Shown here piece after piece: positions 45,465 to 55,913 of a stretch of DNA of 64,000 nt. The notes under the pieces are model-generated. The model saw nothing but the letters and a program-made list of their open reading frames with translations. It made no database searches and had not been told where the DNA came from. Made by a program: the position numbers and the translations under genes. How positions within the stretch are numbered: position 1 is the stretch's first letter; every line of letters starts with the position of its first letter. Source of the DNA: Spongospora subterranea f. sp. subterranea (Eukaryota); the NCBI GenBank assembly GCA_049724395.1, contig JAUGWO010000102.1, positions 310,001 through 374,000 of the forward strand, read 5' to 3'.

Positions 45465-47445
45465 CGCCAAACCAAACAGTCCCGTTGACCGAGCCTTGCA
45501 ATGACCGAGTAGAAGAAAGAACTCGATGAGGCACAACGGAAAAATGGCGAGGCCGAAGGATCTAAAGGTATCTGACAATATCCATTATCGGCATCCAGTG
45601 GTGAGAAAATTCGGAAATTAGATAGTCGGGTGGATATGGATTCGATAACTAGATAAGGCCACTGGTACGGCTTGATAACCGCTTTGATTCGACGCAAATC
45701 AACAGTCGGACGAAACTTGCCGGGCCGAGAAGGCTTAGGGGGAACAGAAGCGCGAGAGGCAAATGCAGAAGACGGATTGGGGTACAAGCACCATTGTAGT
45801 GTCAACAAGAAATTGACGTGCTGATGGTGAATACCGACCAGAAGGGCATCGGAGTGAAGACGTCCCTGGCAACAGCTCAATAGTCAGAGGTGGAACATCC
45901 ATAGGAGGGTGATCGCCAAAGCCAATGCGGAAGATATCCGGGTCGTCTTCTACACTCTGAAAGAGGGAATTGCTGATAATGATGTTGTATCTGATTAGCA
46001 TCGCTATTGTTGATTCTGTAAGCGATGATGATAACTGTGACTTATCCTGCAAAGACAGCAAATCCGTGTTGCCAACCACAACGTCGATGGCGGCCTGAAC
46101 ATCATACGGAGGCTCAAAGCCGGGATCCAACATGTCGGGATCTGAATTGAATCGGATGCATTGTCCACTGGAGATCAATCGGCGAGGGAACCGGTGCAAC
46201 GAAGACCGCCGGCTTGACAAGGCATCGACGCAAGAGACATCGGTTAACCCTTCGACATATCATCGAACATCGATTCCACATTCAGACCAATGAAGTCCGA
46301 CACAGCCTTGCTGATCATGATCAGCGTTTCGGCCAAAGGGGTAGCTACGACACGAAACGTCAAGGAATGGAGAATAATCTTTCCGCTGGTCGTTGAGAAG
46401 GTGACTGATGGTAGAGTGACGCCACATTCAACCTTGACAGGGAACTGTACGAGTTCCTGATGACGGTGCAGCACGTCCGACCGATATGATGCACACATCT
46501 GAACCTGCATCCAAACAGTACGATATCGAGAAGCCTGGTGAAAAGATAGCCAAAGCAGAAGACGAAAGGGATCCAGAATAATCGTAAAGCGGATTGTTGG
46601 ACGCCGAGATGCCATACGCTCATGCAAGGCTCGGAGATGCTGTTTGCGTTCAGCTTCAGTGCAAGTCGGGCAATGTTGCACCAGATGATCAATAGAATGA
46701 CAGTGCAGACAGTGAGGCGTGAAACGGATGTACTTGTTCGACGATGGAGGAGACGTATCGGGAGGTGTCGCAGATGGTGAATGAGTAGAGCGCGCGCAGG
46801 TGGAATACGTGGGGAAGGAGGAGCCGCAGGAGGAGGAGTCGCAGTTGAAAGTGTGCATAACGTGAAGAAGGATTATTTCTTGTAGGAATCAAAACCGAAC
46901 GGATCTCAGTCAACATAGACGCCTTTGCGTATACGATTTTCGAACGCGGACTCCAACGAGCCATGAAGAGCGCCAGCTTCGACTGTTTTCAATAAAGCTG
47001 TTTCATCATATTCAGAAAGCGAATTGGCGAACGACCTCACAACACAATCCTCGTACAATCCACACGACTTCGGCATAGTACAAGTCCGACGCCATAATTC
47101 ACGAAAACGCTCCACATATCGAATAGCGCTTCCTGCGATGCGAGGACCGCTCGATCAAGTTGGGCACGTAGTTCCACCGACACCGGTTTGACGATTGATG
47201 GATCGTTTTGATACCACCGGCGCAGCAGACCAATGAGACTTGGGTACGAAGTCTCAACAGTTTGCAAAGGTCGCTCCAAAGCCGCACCCCTCAAGGATTG
47301 TAGCAGAACATCACAGCGCATTGAATCGCTAAACCGACTCGTCAGTCGGTCAAAACACTCAACGAGAGTCGTAAACTTCAGACACCGGGTCAAAAGCACG
47401 GTTTCCACACTCGTCGTCGCGTTAATTCCAAGTACTTGTGATTTG
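45465..47445 (-). mobile_element. Degenerate Ty3/gypsy retrotransposon (gag, protease, truncated RT)
   Basis: CLHCHSIDHLVQHC knuckle, CLDAGSDVCII protease (~46490-46520), DIFRIGFGDHPPMDVPPLTIEL, and RT motifs KFRPTVDLRR...WP...FSPLDADNGYCQIPL. Breaks off before the YxDD motif. Many frameshifts. Confidence 0.88.
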
Positions 47446-47446
47446 A

Positions 47447-48561
47447 ATCACTATGGAGAAGGATTCAACTTGTACAGCACTTCTGGCATTGCGATTGCGA
47501 CCTGGAACACGGACGCCATTCAGGTTCACCATATGGGCGCTCAAACAACTCAACATCATCAACATCATCACTACTGAGCTCTGGGAAGATGCTGTATTCA
47601 TGTCATTCTCTGGCATTGGCAATCAAGTGCTGAAGCCAAAAGGAGCAGGAAAGTTAGGGGAACTGGCATCATCATGAACTTGAGTGAGCAGATGAAATAC
47701 GAGATTGACAGTGTAGAGAATGACATGGATGCAAACCTTGACAGCATTAGTAGTAATGACGACGATGACTTGTATGAGCCCCACATGGTTAACAAAAATG
47801 GCGTTCGTGTTCGAGGTCGCAATCGTAATCCATAAGTGCTGTACACGATGAACCATTGTCCATAGTGATCCATGGTTATTATGGGCGTCTCATTGAAGTT
47901 CTCAACAAAGTCAAAAGAGGGACGATCTCTGGAGATCCCATTGAGAGTGGCGGATGTACTCGAGAATGCCATCGAGGACGTAGGCATGCAGCCGTGCGGA
48001 ATTCAAAGACGATGTTTAGGGTCCAGCATCTCCAACGGGGAGCCGCCCTCCTGCCATTGCCGATCACAACTTTTGAATAAAAATCCCACTTGCACCCACT
48101 GCAGGATCAAAAGTTATAATCGGCAATGGCAGGAGGACGACTCCTTGTTGAAGATGCTGGACCCTAAACATCGTCTTCTGAGTTCCGCACGGCTGCATGT
48201 CTACGTCGTCGATGGCATTCTCGAGTACATCCGCCATTTTCAATGAGATCTCCAGAGATTCCCTCTGTCGTTAAGAACTTCAATGAGACGGGATTTTCCA
48301 GCCCTATAATCATCATGGAGAATGATCCATCTTGTACAGCACTTCAATTCGACCTGGAACACGCACGCCATTCAGGTTCACCACATGGGACTCAAACAAC
48401 TCAACATCATCATCGTCATCACTACCGAGCTCTGTAAGGATGCTGTCAAGGTTCGCATCCATGTCATTCTCTACACTGTCAATCTCGTATTTTCACTCAA
48501 GTTCATGAAATTGCCCGTTCCACTGCTCCTTTTTGGCATCCCCAATGCCAGGGAATGAGAA
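47447..48561. repeat. Nested inverted repeats: ~1 kb imperfect palindrome (arms ~47600-48076 / 48107-48560, 30 nt loop) plus a third inverted copy at 47447-47612
   Basis: Manual alignment: for example 47934-48076 matches the reverse complement of 48107-48250 at ~90%. 47447-47612 is a direct copy of ~48313-48470 and the inverse of ~47715-47870. Confidence 0.93.
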
Positions 48562-49108
48562 TCAATTAGTAGAAAGGTAAGGCAGTACCAACTTTAAACG
48601 CACAGCTTCGAATTTGCAGGAATCGAATACAACGCCTAGGAGAGTATGGTTGCGGATTCCGTTAAGGAATTTGCGGCGTTGACAACAGAGCAATTTGGTT
48701 GGAGACGTCATTTCGTAATGGAAGATTCCAAACCTTTTGGCAATGACTGCGAAACCTCTGCCCTTTACGTTGGGCACCTATTGCCCGTCGGCGTCTAGTT
48801 TATACTTTACCGAAAAACTCTTGCGTTTGGTCTCGCATTCCTGTCCCACCATTGTGTTGTGATTTTGAATGTGCTGGTATTGGACTGTGATAGCGTCGTC
48901 GGTACATGGGATCATCAGGATTTGCGTACGCAGTCCGCAAGTCCGCAACAAACCCGAGGCGTTTCAATCCGAATCGATCCAACACTGTGCGCAGTCACAT
49001 GTAAATACAGTTAAGTGTATATGTATCTATTGTAATGTTTAAGAGTCCGTATAGTGCTTTGTTATCATAATATAACAATAATAGGAAGTCCTTGTTTGAC
49101 CAGGAATA

Positions 49109-49212
49109 TTCCCAGATACAAGTTGTTTTTCCCAGTGAAGGTTTCGACGACACCTAATAATCTTCAGTCAGGTTCAATAACCTCTACTGGGAACAAAACT
49201 TGTATCTGGGAA
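49109..49212. repeat. Inverted repeat with ~34 bp arms
   Basis: ttcccagatacaagttgtttttcccagtgaaggtt ... aacctctactgggaacaaaacttgtatctgggaa. Confidence 0.85.
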
Positions 49213-49559
49213 AGTAATCAGCTTTGGACATTGGAAATAGATTTGTTCATACACAAGTATCCATAGACAATCGATGGAACCAATCCAGTTCGATAGGTAT
49301 TCCTGTCTCCAGATAACGCTCTTTGGGAAACACCTGTTCATATTTTACAATCAGTACAGATCAAAACTACATGACATTACTGTTAAAACTGTCGCATAAA
49401 CGCCGTTTCCGGGACCTGGCACCCTGCCAGGGTACCAAAAAAATATCTTAGCCCCAGGTCCAAGCTTGATACGATCACAGCAAGAAATTCAGTAAAACAA
49501 CCAGCCATAACAACGAAAGTGTTGCAACCATTCAAGATTCAAAGGAGCGCATACTGTGT

Positions 49560-49860
49560 CTGAAGCCTGCATCGGTGTCAGCTGCGCTTGGGATGAGCCG
49601 AAGGGAAACAGCGGTTGCTGTAAAACTCAATCGGGTTATTTGTCCTATTAGCGATACACTCTCCTGAAGCAATCTGCCGACTGATGTTCCAGTGTTTTGA
49701 ATGAGTTGTTTCAATCCACATCCGTCTGAAATGGCCAATGAACTGATCGAGCTTCTGCCCTTCACTAGAATCATCTTTGAATGCAGAAGTCGGTTCGGGG
49801 AGAGAGGAATATAGCCAAACCCCTGCTCCATGATTTCAACGTGAGGAATCATCGTTCGTT
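49560..49860 (-). mobile_element. Mutator-like (MULE) transposase C-terminal fragment
   Basis: A minus frame not listed in the ORF track (~49736-49578) reads HFRRMWIETTHSKHWNIS...NRTNNPIEFY..RCFPSAHP, matching the MULE YF..TW...WN...RTNN..E...HP signature. Confidence 0.7.
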
Positions 49861-50540
49861 AACACGTCCAGGTTTCCCGGGATCATTAACACGTTGATCA
49901 GAGAAATATGGATCCGGAGCTGTATAAGCCTGCGGCCGGTTCGCCTGGTTCCAATGGACCGCCCAACCAGGGTGACCAGGGAGATTTTATCTCCAAATAA
50001 AATTACGCCTGGTCGTTTTTATTGGAAATGAAATTCGCGTTTCCCGAGGGCTGTCGTCAACGCCCCCCATGCGCAGCTTACCAGCATCTGGAGAACATTC
50101 TGCCAGGCGGCGCAGGCCTGCTTCGCTTGACGTCTCTGTCGGCTGCTCTGCCAATGCCCAACATCGTGTCCGGGTAATGTCTAGACTCCCTAGGGATCAA
50201 ATCAGGGTTGGTCAGATCGTCCACACGACACCGTCCTTGCGATAAATGCGATTCGTTGACACAGTGCCGATGCCACTCCCCATCTATCGAACTCGTTCCA
50301 ATACAACGCCGTTTATGGATACCGTAATCCAGGATTTTTACTCTACCTGGCGTTCTAATTTCAAAATGAGAATATGTCATCTACTTCGTGTTTCCCTACT
50401 TACCATTAGTATAAAATCGACGACCACCGGCAGCGACACACCAATAAATCGCATTCAAACGAAACGGTCAAAGTTAGCATCTTCATAGGTTATATTGCGG
50501 TAAGGCTACTAGAAAAGCAACGAGCTCTGTCCCAGATGCC

Positions 50541-52777
50541 TTAGCGTATAGCAATGTGATCGCAAAGCTTCAGAAGCGTATGACATTTAGAAAAGCATAT
50601 GTCGTCGAGCAACTTCAATGCGTCAGATTCGCTAAATCCCTCCGTGAGCAAATCGTCAATTGCATCGTATAGCGGTTGTCGTCTAGGAAAAAACTTCCCT
50701 TCCGCAGAGCTCTTGGCACCTCTCCATTTCTTGCCAGGACGCGACTCCAGCTCTTCTATCGGCGGTACAACGACGTTGTCCATGGAAATACCGCCGTATT
50801 TCCATTCCTTCCATCCATCGTGCACCGTCGTCACAGATCTGTTCATTCGGAACGGGACAACAACAGCCTGGTCAGGTACAATGACAACCGGCTCGATGAT
50901 ATAATCGGCATTGCCATTTGTGTCAAAATGAGGTGATTCGGAATGACGACTCGCGACAGCGACAGCATCTGCGCTCGCAGCCGATCCAACCTGTGATTAC
51001 CATCAATATTTCTCTTAGTATGGTTTTCAGAAATCATGCAATCAATTCGCCCATACCTGTGTCGACATACAATTTCCCGGTCGCCATCACCTGAAGACAT
51101 TCGTTGCGGAGCATTAGCAATGTTTTGTTCATGTCCTCGTTCACTTGCTGGATCTTCTGGTCGAACTTCTGGTCAAGACAAGAATTTGATCGCGAATGAA
51201 CAGCGCTCGCATGAACCAGCTCGCATAGATGACCGCGATCTTGCCGGACAGCTCAGCAGCAAAGGTCGTGAACGCCTCTGAAGAGAATATCGGATGTTGC
51301 CATATTGCATGAGCTGAATGATCCTCATCAGCCATTAGAATAGCAGAGGATGACTGTTCGCATGTGGTCTAGCAACCTGAGAAAGCTTTGTCCTGCAATC
51401 TCGGTCTTTCTAACGCCGAACGATGACAACGATGTAGCCTGTTGTTGCGACGCCTCCAGACCGGGAAACACCAACTTTCGAAGATGTTCCGGCGGGTCCA
51501 GCGGAGCTCGTGGCAGGTAATACTGTTTGGGATCGGCAGAGACCTCTGCCGAAACCCGAGCGCATTCCCATGGGATGACGTTGTCTGTGTCGACCCCGCC
51601 AGGCGAACGTACTTGCCAGTGGCCATTGTTGTCAACAGAGGCTTCACTTGCACCCAGATTCTCGGCCATTGACGCGCCGCCCTTTCGACCCATCTGCGGT
51701 TTCGTTGTGATGGCCAGACCGAACGAAGCTTGAGCGGCCTTGATGGCTTCATACTGTTTGATGTATGTCATCGGCTTATCTGAATGGATACCATTCGGCA
51801 AAACGAATAAATTGTATCAACTGCTTGCTTCAGAAAGATCAGCCAAGGATCGCCCCGAACTTGAAATTGAAAAAAGAAATACAAAGACAAGCTTTCGAAA
51901 GGGCACAAACTCACTGATGAATGACGCATCAACGCATTCTGTTGCACTTTTCCAAACTGGTTTTTCTTCGATCTTTGCCAAACAGTACGCAGAAGATGAG
52001 CGCCACTGACACCTTCGCCGGGGAAGAATTTATGTCCAATCTCCGACAACTTAAGTCGTCGAAGATTGTCACCTCTGCAGGTCAGAGCGAAAGATAGCAG
52101 ATAATCTGTCCGCTGCTTCAGACCCTCCTCGCTGTCCAAGTCCCAACAGTGCTTGGCAAGTTTGCCAAACTCATGGGCGGAAATTTCATCGGCTAAAGTC
52201 CCAATTCCACGATCTATAAAAAATTGCGGTTTCACGATCCATTACGTCCTTCTTGGAGCTTCTGAGGAATTTTTTGAAACTCGGAATCTTTTGTTAACAA
52301 TCAATTTGGGTTATTTAATGGGAATCTATTGATAACAATCAATTTGGATTATATGGGAAGGCGTGCCGGTGTCGGAAATTCAGGAGGACACCGCCCCAGC
52401 GTATGCTGCAGTCTTCAAAGATCCATACCAGCATTGACGTATCCATCAAGAATATGCAAAACCCAAATGATCAGGGCGGCAGTTCTCCGGTTCAGACGTG
52501 CTGCTGAGCGCAATGGACGAGCGTTTCCGGCCACGCTTATATGGCCAGCGATCTTTCAATTCGTGTAAAAAAAGCAGAAACTTGCTTTCATTGAATAAAT
52601 CATTGTGATATCTTTTGCAAACGTTCCAGTCAAGGAATTATTTCTGTTTTTCGTCGTCTGAGGACTATGCTCGCCGACCTGATATTGAAAACGATGTGCG
52701 GCTTGCAATTCTTCTAACCGTAGGTCAGTTTGTTTCCAGCGCTGTTCCGCTAGAGACGAGACGACGGTCGGATTCAT
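50541..52777 (-). mobile_element. Degenerate CryptonF-type tyrosine-recombinase element (Ndc10-like YR plus GCR1_C domain)
   Basis: YVNAGMDL*RLQHTLG, FIDRGIGTLAD, LLSFALTCRGDNLRRLKLSEI, SKKNQFGK..ALMRH..LCPF, KPQMGRKGGASMAE..GASE..NGHW, YYLPRAPLDPPEHLRKLVFP. C-terminal MNRSVTTVHDGWKEWKYG..PPIEELE..GKKWR..FFPRRQPLYDAI corresponds to GCR1_C. Stops and frameshifts present. Confidence 0.85.
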
Positions 52778-53014
52778 TGTGATGATGTGAAAATGGAGGA
52801 GCACTATCACGAGAGAACCTTGTTGAATACCCAGCGGTAAACAATGCCGGTTCAGCAGACCTACATTTTGTCCCGGAGGCGGTTTTCACCCGGTGAATGG
52901 GAAGACAAATGAAGTTGCCCGAACAATGTCCTGTTAATATGTATTTGGCGGCGATGACCTCTGGCGAATGGCGGCGCCGGCGGCATGGAGAGGGTTCCAG
53001 CGTGCCAGAATGCC

Positions 53015-53300
53015 AACAGGAGGGAATGTGCAACCGTTGAATTCGTCAACAATCAGGAGATCGAACTTGGCATCATCATACCCATCCCACCATTGTGAAA
53101 CCGTTGGTATCTCGAACACCCGTCGTAGCGCGTCGAAGAACGGTGTCTTCCCCATATTGTGCTCCATCCCCAAGTACAGCTGCTTCTGCTTCCGTGCCCG
53201 CGTTTGAACCAGGTTCGCGTTCACCCACTCGATGACAGCCCGAACAGGTCTCGGCTGCGAATAGCGCTGGTCTGTTTCACAATGCGGCCACGTCGCGAAC
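53015..53300 (-). other. Endogenous CRESS ssDNA virus Rep fragment (SF3 helicase), copy 1
   Basis: EWVNANLVQTRARKQKQLYLGMEHNMGKTPFFDALRRVFEIPTVSQWWDGYDDAKFDLLIVDEFNG contains a decayed Walker A, the WWDGY motif and Walker B. Confidence 0.82.
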
Positions 53301-53660
53301 AAATGGGTGAACGCGGGAACAGAAGCAGTTGTAATTGCAAACGGAGCCCAATTTGGGGAAGACTGCTTTGTTCAACGCGCTACGGCGGTAATCGCGGGTG
53401 TTTGAACTAAACTACCGACGGCAGCACAATGGTGGGATGGGTATGATGACGCCAAGTTCGATTTTTTGATGATTGACGAATTCAACGAATGCACATTCCC
53501 TCCTGTCGTGCAGCTCTGGAGGGTTCGATACACTTAAAGACAACGTGGCACGCAGCGCCTATGCAAATCAGTCAGTTTAATTGTGATCATGTCGTCGAAC
53601 AGCGGCCATGCAAAGGGCTTTCGCAGCGGTTCCTGGTTGTTGATTTCGGTGACTATTGCC
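53301..53660 (+). other. Endogenous CRESS Rep fragment, copy 2 (inverted, pseudogenised)
   Basis: KWVNA..QKQL*LQTEPNLGKTALFNALRR*SRVFE..PTAAQWWDGYDDAKFDFLMIDEFNE, then across frameshifts LIVIMSSN (motif C) and LSQRFLVVDF (arginine-finger region). Confidence 0.8.
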
Positions 53661-54009
53661 CCCCCCCCAAATCAAGTGGCGAAGCGATGGGTTTATATTT
53701 AGAATTCTGCGAAAGAAACACTCTGCAATACTTAAACCAGGTTTGTATAAAGTAATGAGTTATAAAATATGGAAAACTATAAGTCACCCCACTCTCTGTA
53801 AATCCAAGTATTTGGCGATTGTACATTACACTGAACAACATGCCCAAACATTGCCCGCCCTTTCTGTGTTTTGTTGTTTGTTAATTCCATCCCCATCGTG
53901 TGAGATCGCTTTTTTTTTGCGAGCACAATATGGAGATCACTGAGCTTCCATCCCCGATTCGGTCCATTCAAACGTCCAACAAAGTACTACTCCACAGTAA
54001 AATCACAGC

Positions 54010-54730
54010 TGGTGTCGATTGAACGGGGTTATGGACTCGCATTCATTTTTAGCAACACAGCAATACAACGCTCGAGGATCGCCAAAGCATTGTAGCTGAA
54101 TCACACACAGGTTGCACAATCATCGGCATTTCTTGGCCTAGCTTTGGCCGATCGATTACAGACCGGGCGTTTCATATTCCAGAACGACGGGAAGTGTTTC
54201 AAAAAATCAAGTCTGCTGATGTTTCGAAAGAAGAGAACGCTGAATCAGGGCTAACGGTTTCAGAAAGTATTTGTCGTGAAAGCAGGTCGTGATTATGGTT
54301 GAGTCGGCGTACAAATAGGAGACAATGATTTTACCAACTTTTCAGGACACAATTCGGGCCGACTGACTCGAACCGCTCGATTCGATAACGGAGGCGATCA
54401 AGACCCATATTTTAACCAAGAGAAGCAATTCGTGGGAGAAAATCAAACCAAATGGACAGTAAAACAAATATGGCTTCAAATTTAGAACGTGCAGTAGATT
54501 TCGTCAACAGCCGCGTTCGATGATATTCGGAACCGAACGCGATTACGAGAGCGGGCATGGGTAGACCACTTCCTAAGCACCATACAGCAGGAACAGGCAC
54601 GATTATAACAACATTGACAGACCAGGAAACACTTGAAGCTCATGAATTTCGATCCTACTATTGCTATTTTGGTAGAAATTATGAAAAAACGTTTGCGATT
54701 GCAACGCCAACAGTACGAGCAATGGACAAA
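54010..54730 (+). mobile_element. Possible Tc1/mariner transposase remnant
   Basis: Fragmentary motifs in the expected order across frames: RLNGVMDS, GRFIFQNDG, a D-S-N-(P)-L-D-like stretch near 54365, TIAILVEIMKKRL...QWT. Very decayed. Confidence 0.35.
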
Positions 54731-54849
54731 TTTAACGATCAATCGAAACGGTCACAAACTGCTGATATATCTATTGAGCAGGTGTCTTTCCCGTCGTTTC
54801 CGCTATGATAATAAATAATACATTTGCCGTTAATTCATGTTGAAATCTC

Positions 54850-55290
54850 TGAATCTTCCTGAGGCAAAGGTCTGATCAACTGCCCCGAATATTCGCATCG
54901 GTTCATCCCTTCCGATATATGTCTGCACCAACTGGCTCCACTCCATTTGTTGACTTTTCACCTTCAAATCCTTTCAGTACCGGAAATTTACTGTGTCAGA
55001 GACGGTGTCGATTTACCCATTCACTCAGATCAGAAACATCCGATATCGAGACGGTGAGCGCGTTTAGCCGACGTTCTTCGTATTCGCCATCCGTATCGTC
55101 CAGTTCCGATTCACAGAAATCATCGAAATCGATATCGTTATCAGATGCCTCACCGGTGTTGTCCATGGTCATCAGGTGCAGATCATATCCGACCTGATCT
55201 GCAGGTGTAGTAATATCAGTGTCGGCGATGGCTTCCTGATCCGAATCAGAAGGGCTGGTCGTGTCCTGGTGCCCATCCAGGTCGTCCATA
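54850..55290 (-). pseudogene. Acidic ORF remnant of unknown origin, preceded by a CT/GA-rich tract (55390-55500)
   Basis: MDDLDGHQD...DFDDFCESELDDTDGEYEE ORF that ends in stops and frameshifts. No family recognised. Confidence 0.3.
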
Positions 55291-55913
55291 TTCTGATATC
55301 GACCCAATTGTTGTTTTATCGGGTATATTGGTTTTGGCGATTCCCTTTCTGGGTTCTGACTGTACAAAGGAGGTCCAATTATCCCCCACGTCCTTCCTCG
55401 TTCTCTTGTTCCTTTCTCTCTCTTGTGTTTCCCCACATCTTCTCTCTCTCTCTTTCTCTTGTGATTCCTTCCCCACACCTCCCTCACCCCACTCCTGCCT
55501 TGCCACACCTTGTCTGCTGGAACATCGTTTGCTGTTGACATCTCTATGATACTTTGTCCTCCGTCTACATTCTTCGATCTTGATAACTGACTAACAATTC
55601 ATACGACCGTTAAGTCATCATCTTGTTGTATTAAATATCCAGAATGGGGGCGGGATGCCTTATGGAAAAATTCTAATGAAAACCATAATTCTTCAGGGGG
55701 CGCCGCCGGGATTCAGTTGTTTTCGGAAGGATCGTTTAGACTTATGCACTTTGGAAAATTGATACTATGGTATGTTATAATATATGCTCTGGATTGTATT
55801 AACATAATATAGGTCACCTTGAAGGATTAAATATACAATAAAACAGCAGACAATAATACGTTGATATCTAAAACAGATATTACCCGGCGACAGCGTCCTC
55901 AGATTTACACAGC

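Noticed and set aside
47447..48561. Reading the repeats as the LTR pair of the Ty3 element or as a CRISPR-like array
   Set aside because: The copies alternate in orientation, lie on one side of the element and have no regular repeat-spacer period.
50078..50490. ORFs between the MULE and Crypton remnants
   Set aside because: Stops occur in the plausible frames and no motif is recognisable, so they cannot be assigned.
52291..52359. ~30 bp tandem duplication (taacaatcaatttgg) as a Crypton terminal repeat
   Set aside because: It lies inside the YR coding remnant, so it is more likely a slippage duplication during decay.
52900..55300. CRESS origin stem-loop (NANTATTAC) or capsid gene near the Rep fragments
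   Set aside because: No nonanucleotide in a convincing stem found by eye. TGATATTAC on the minus strand near 55215 lacks a stem, and no capsid-like ORF is visible.
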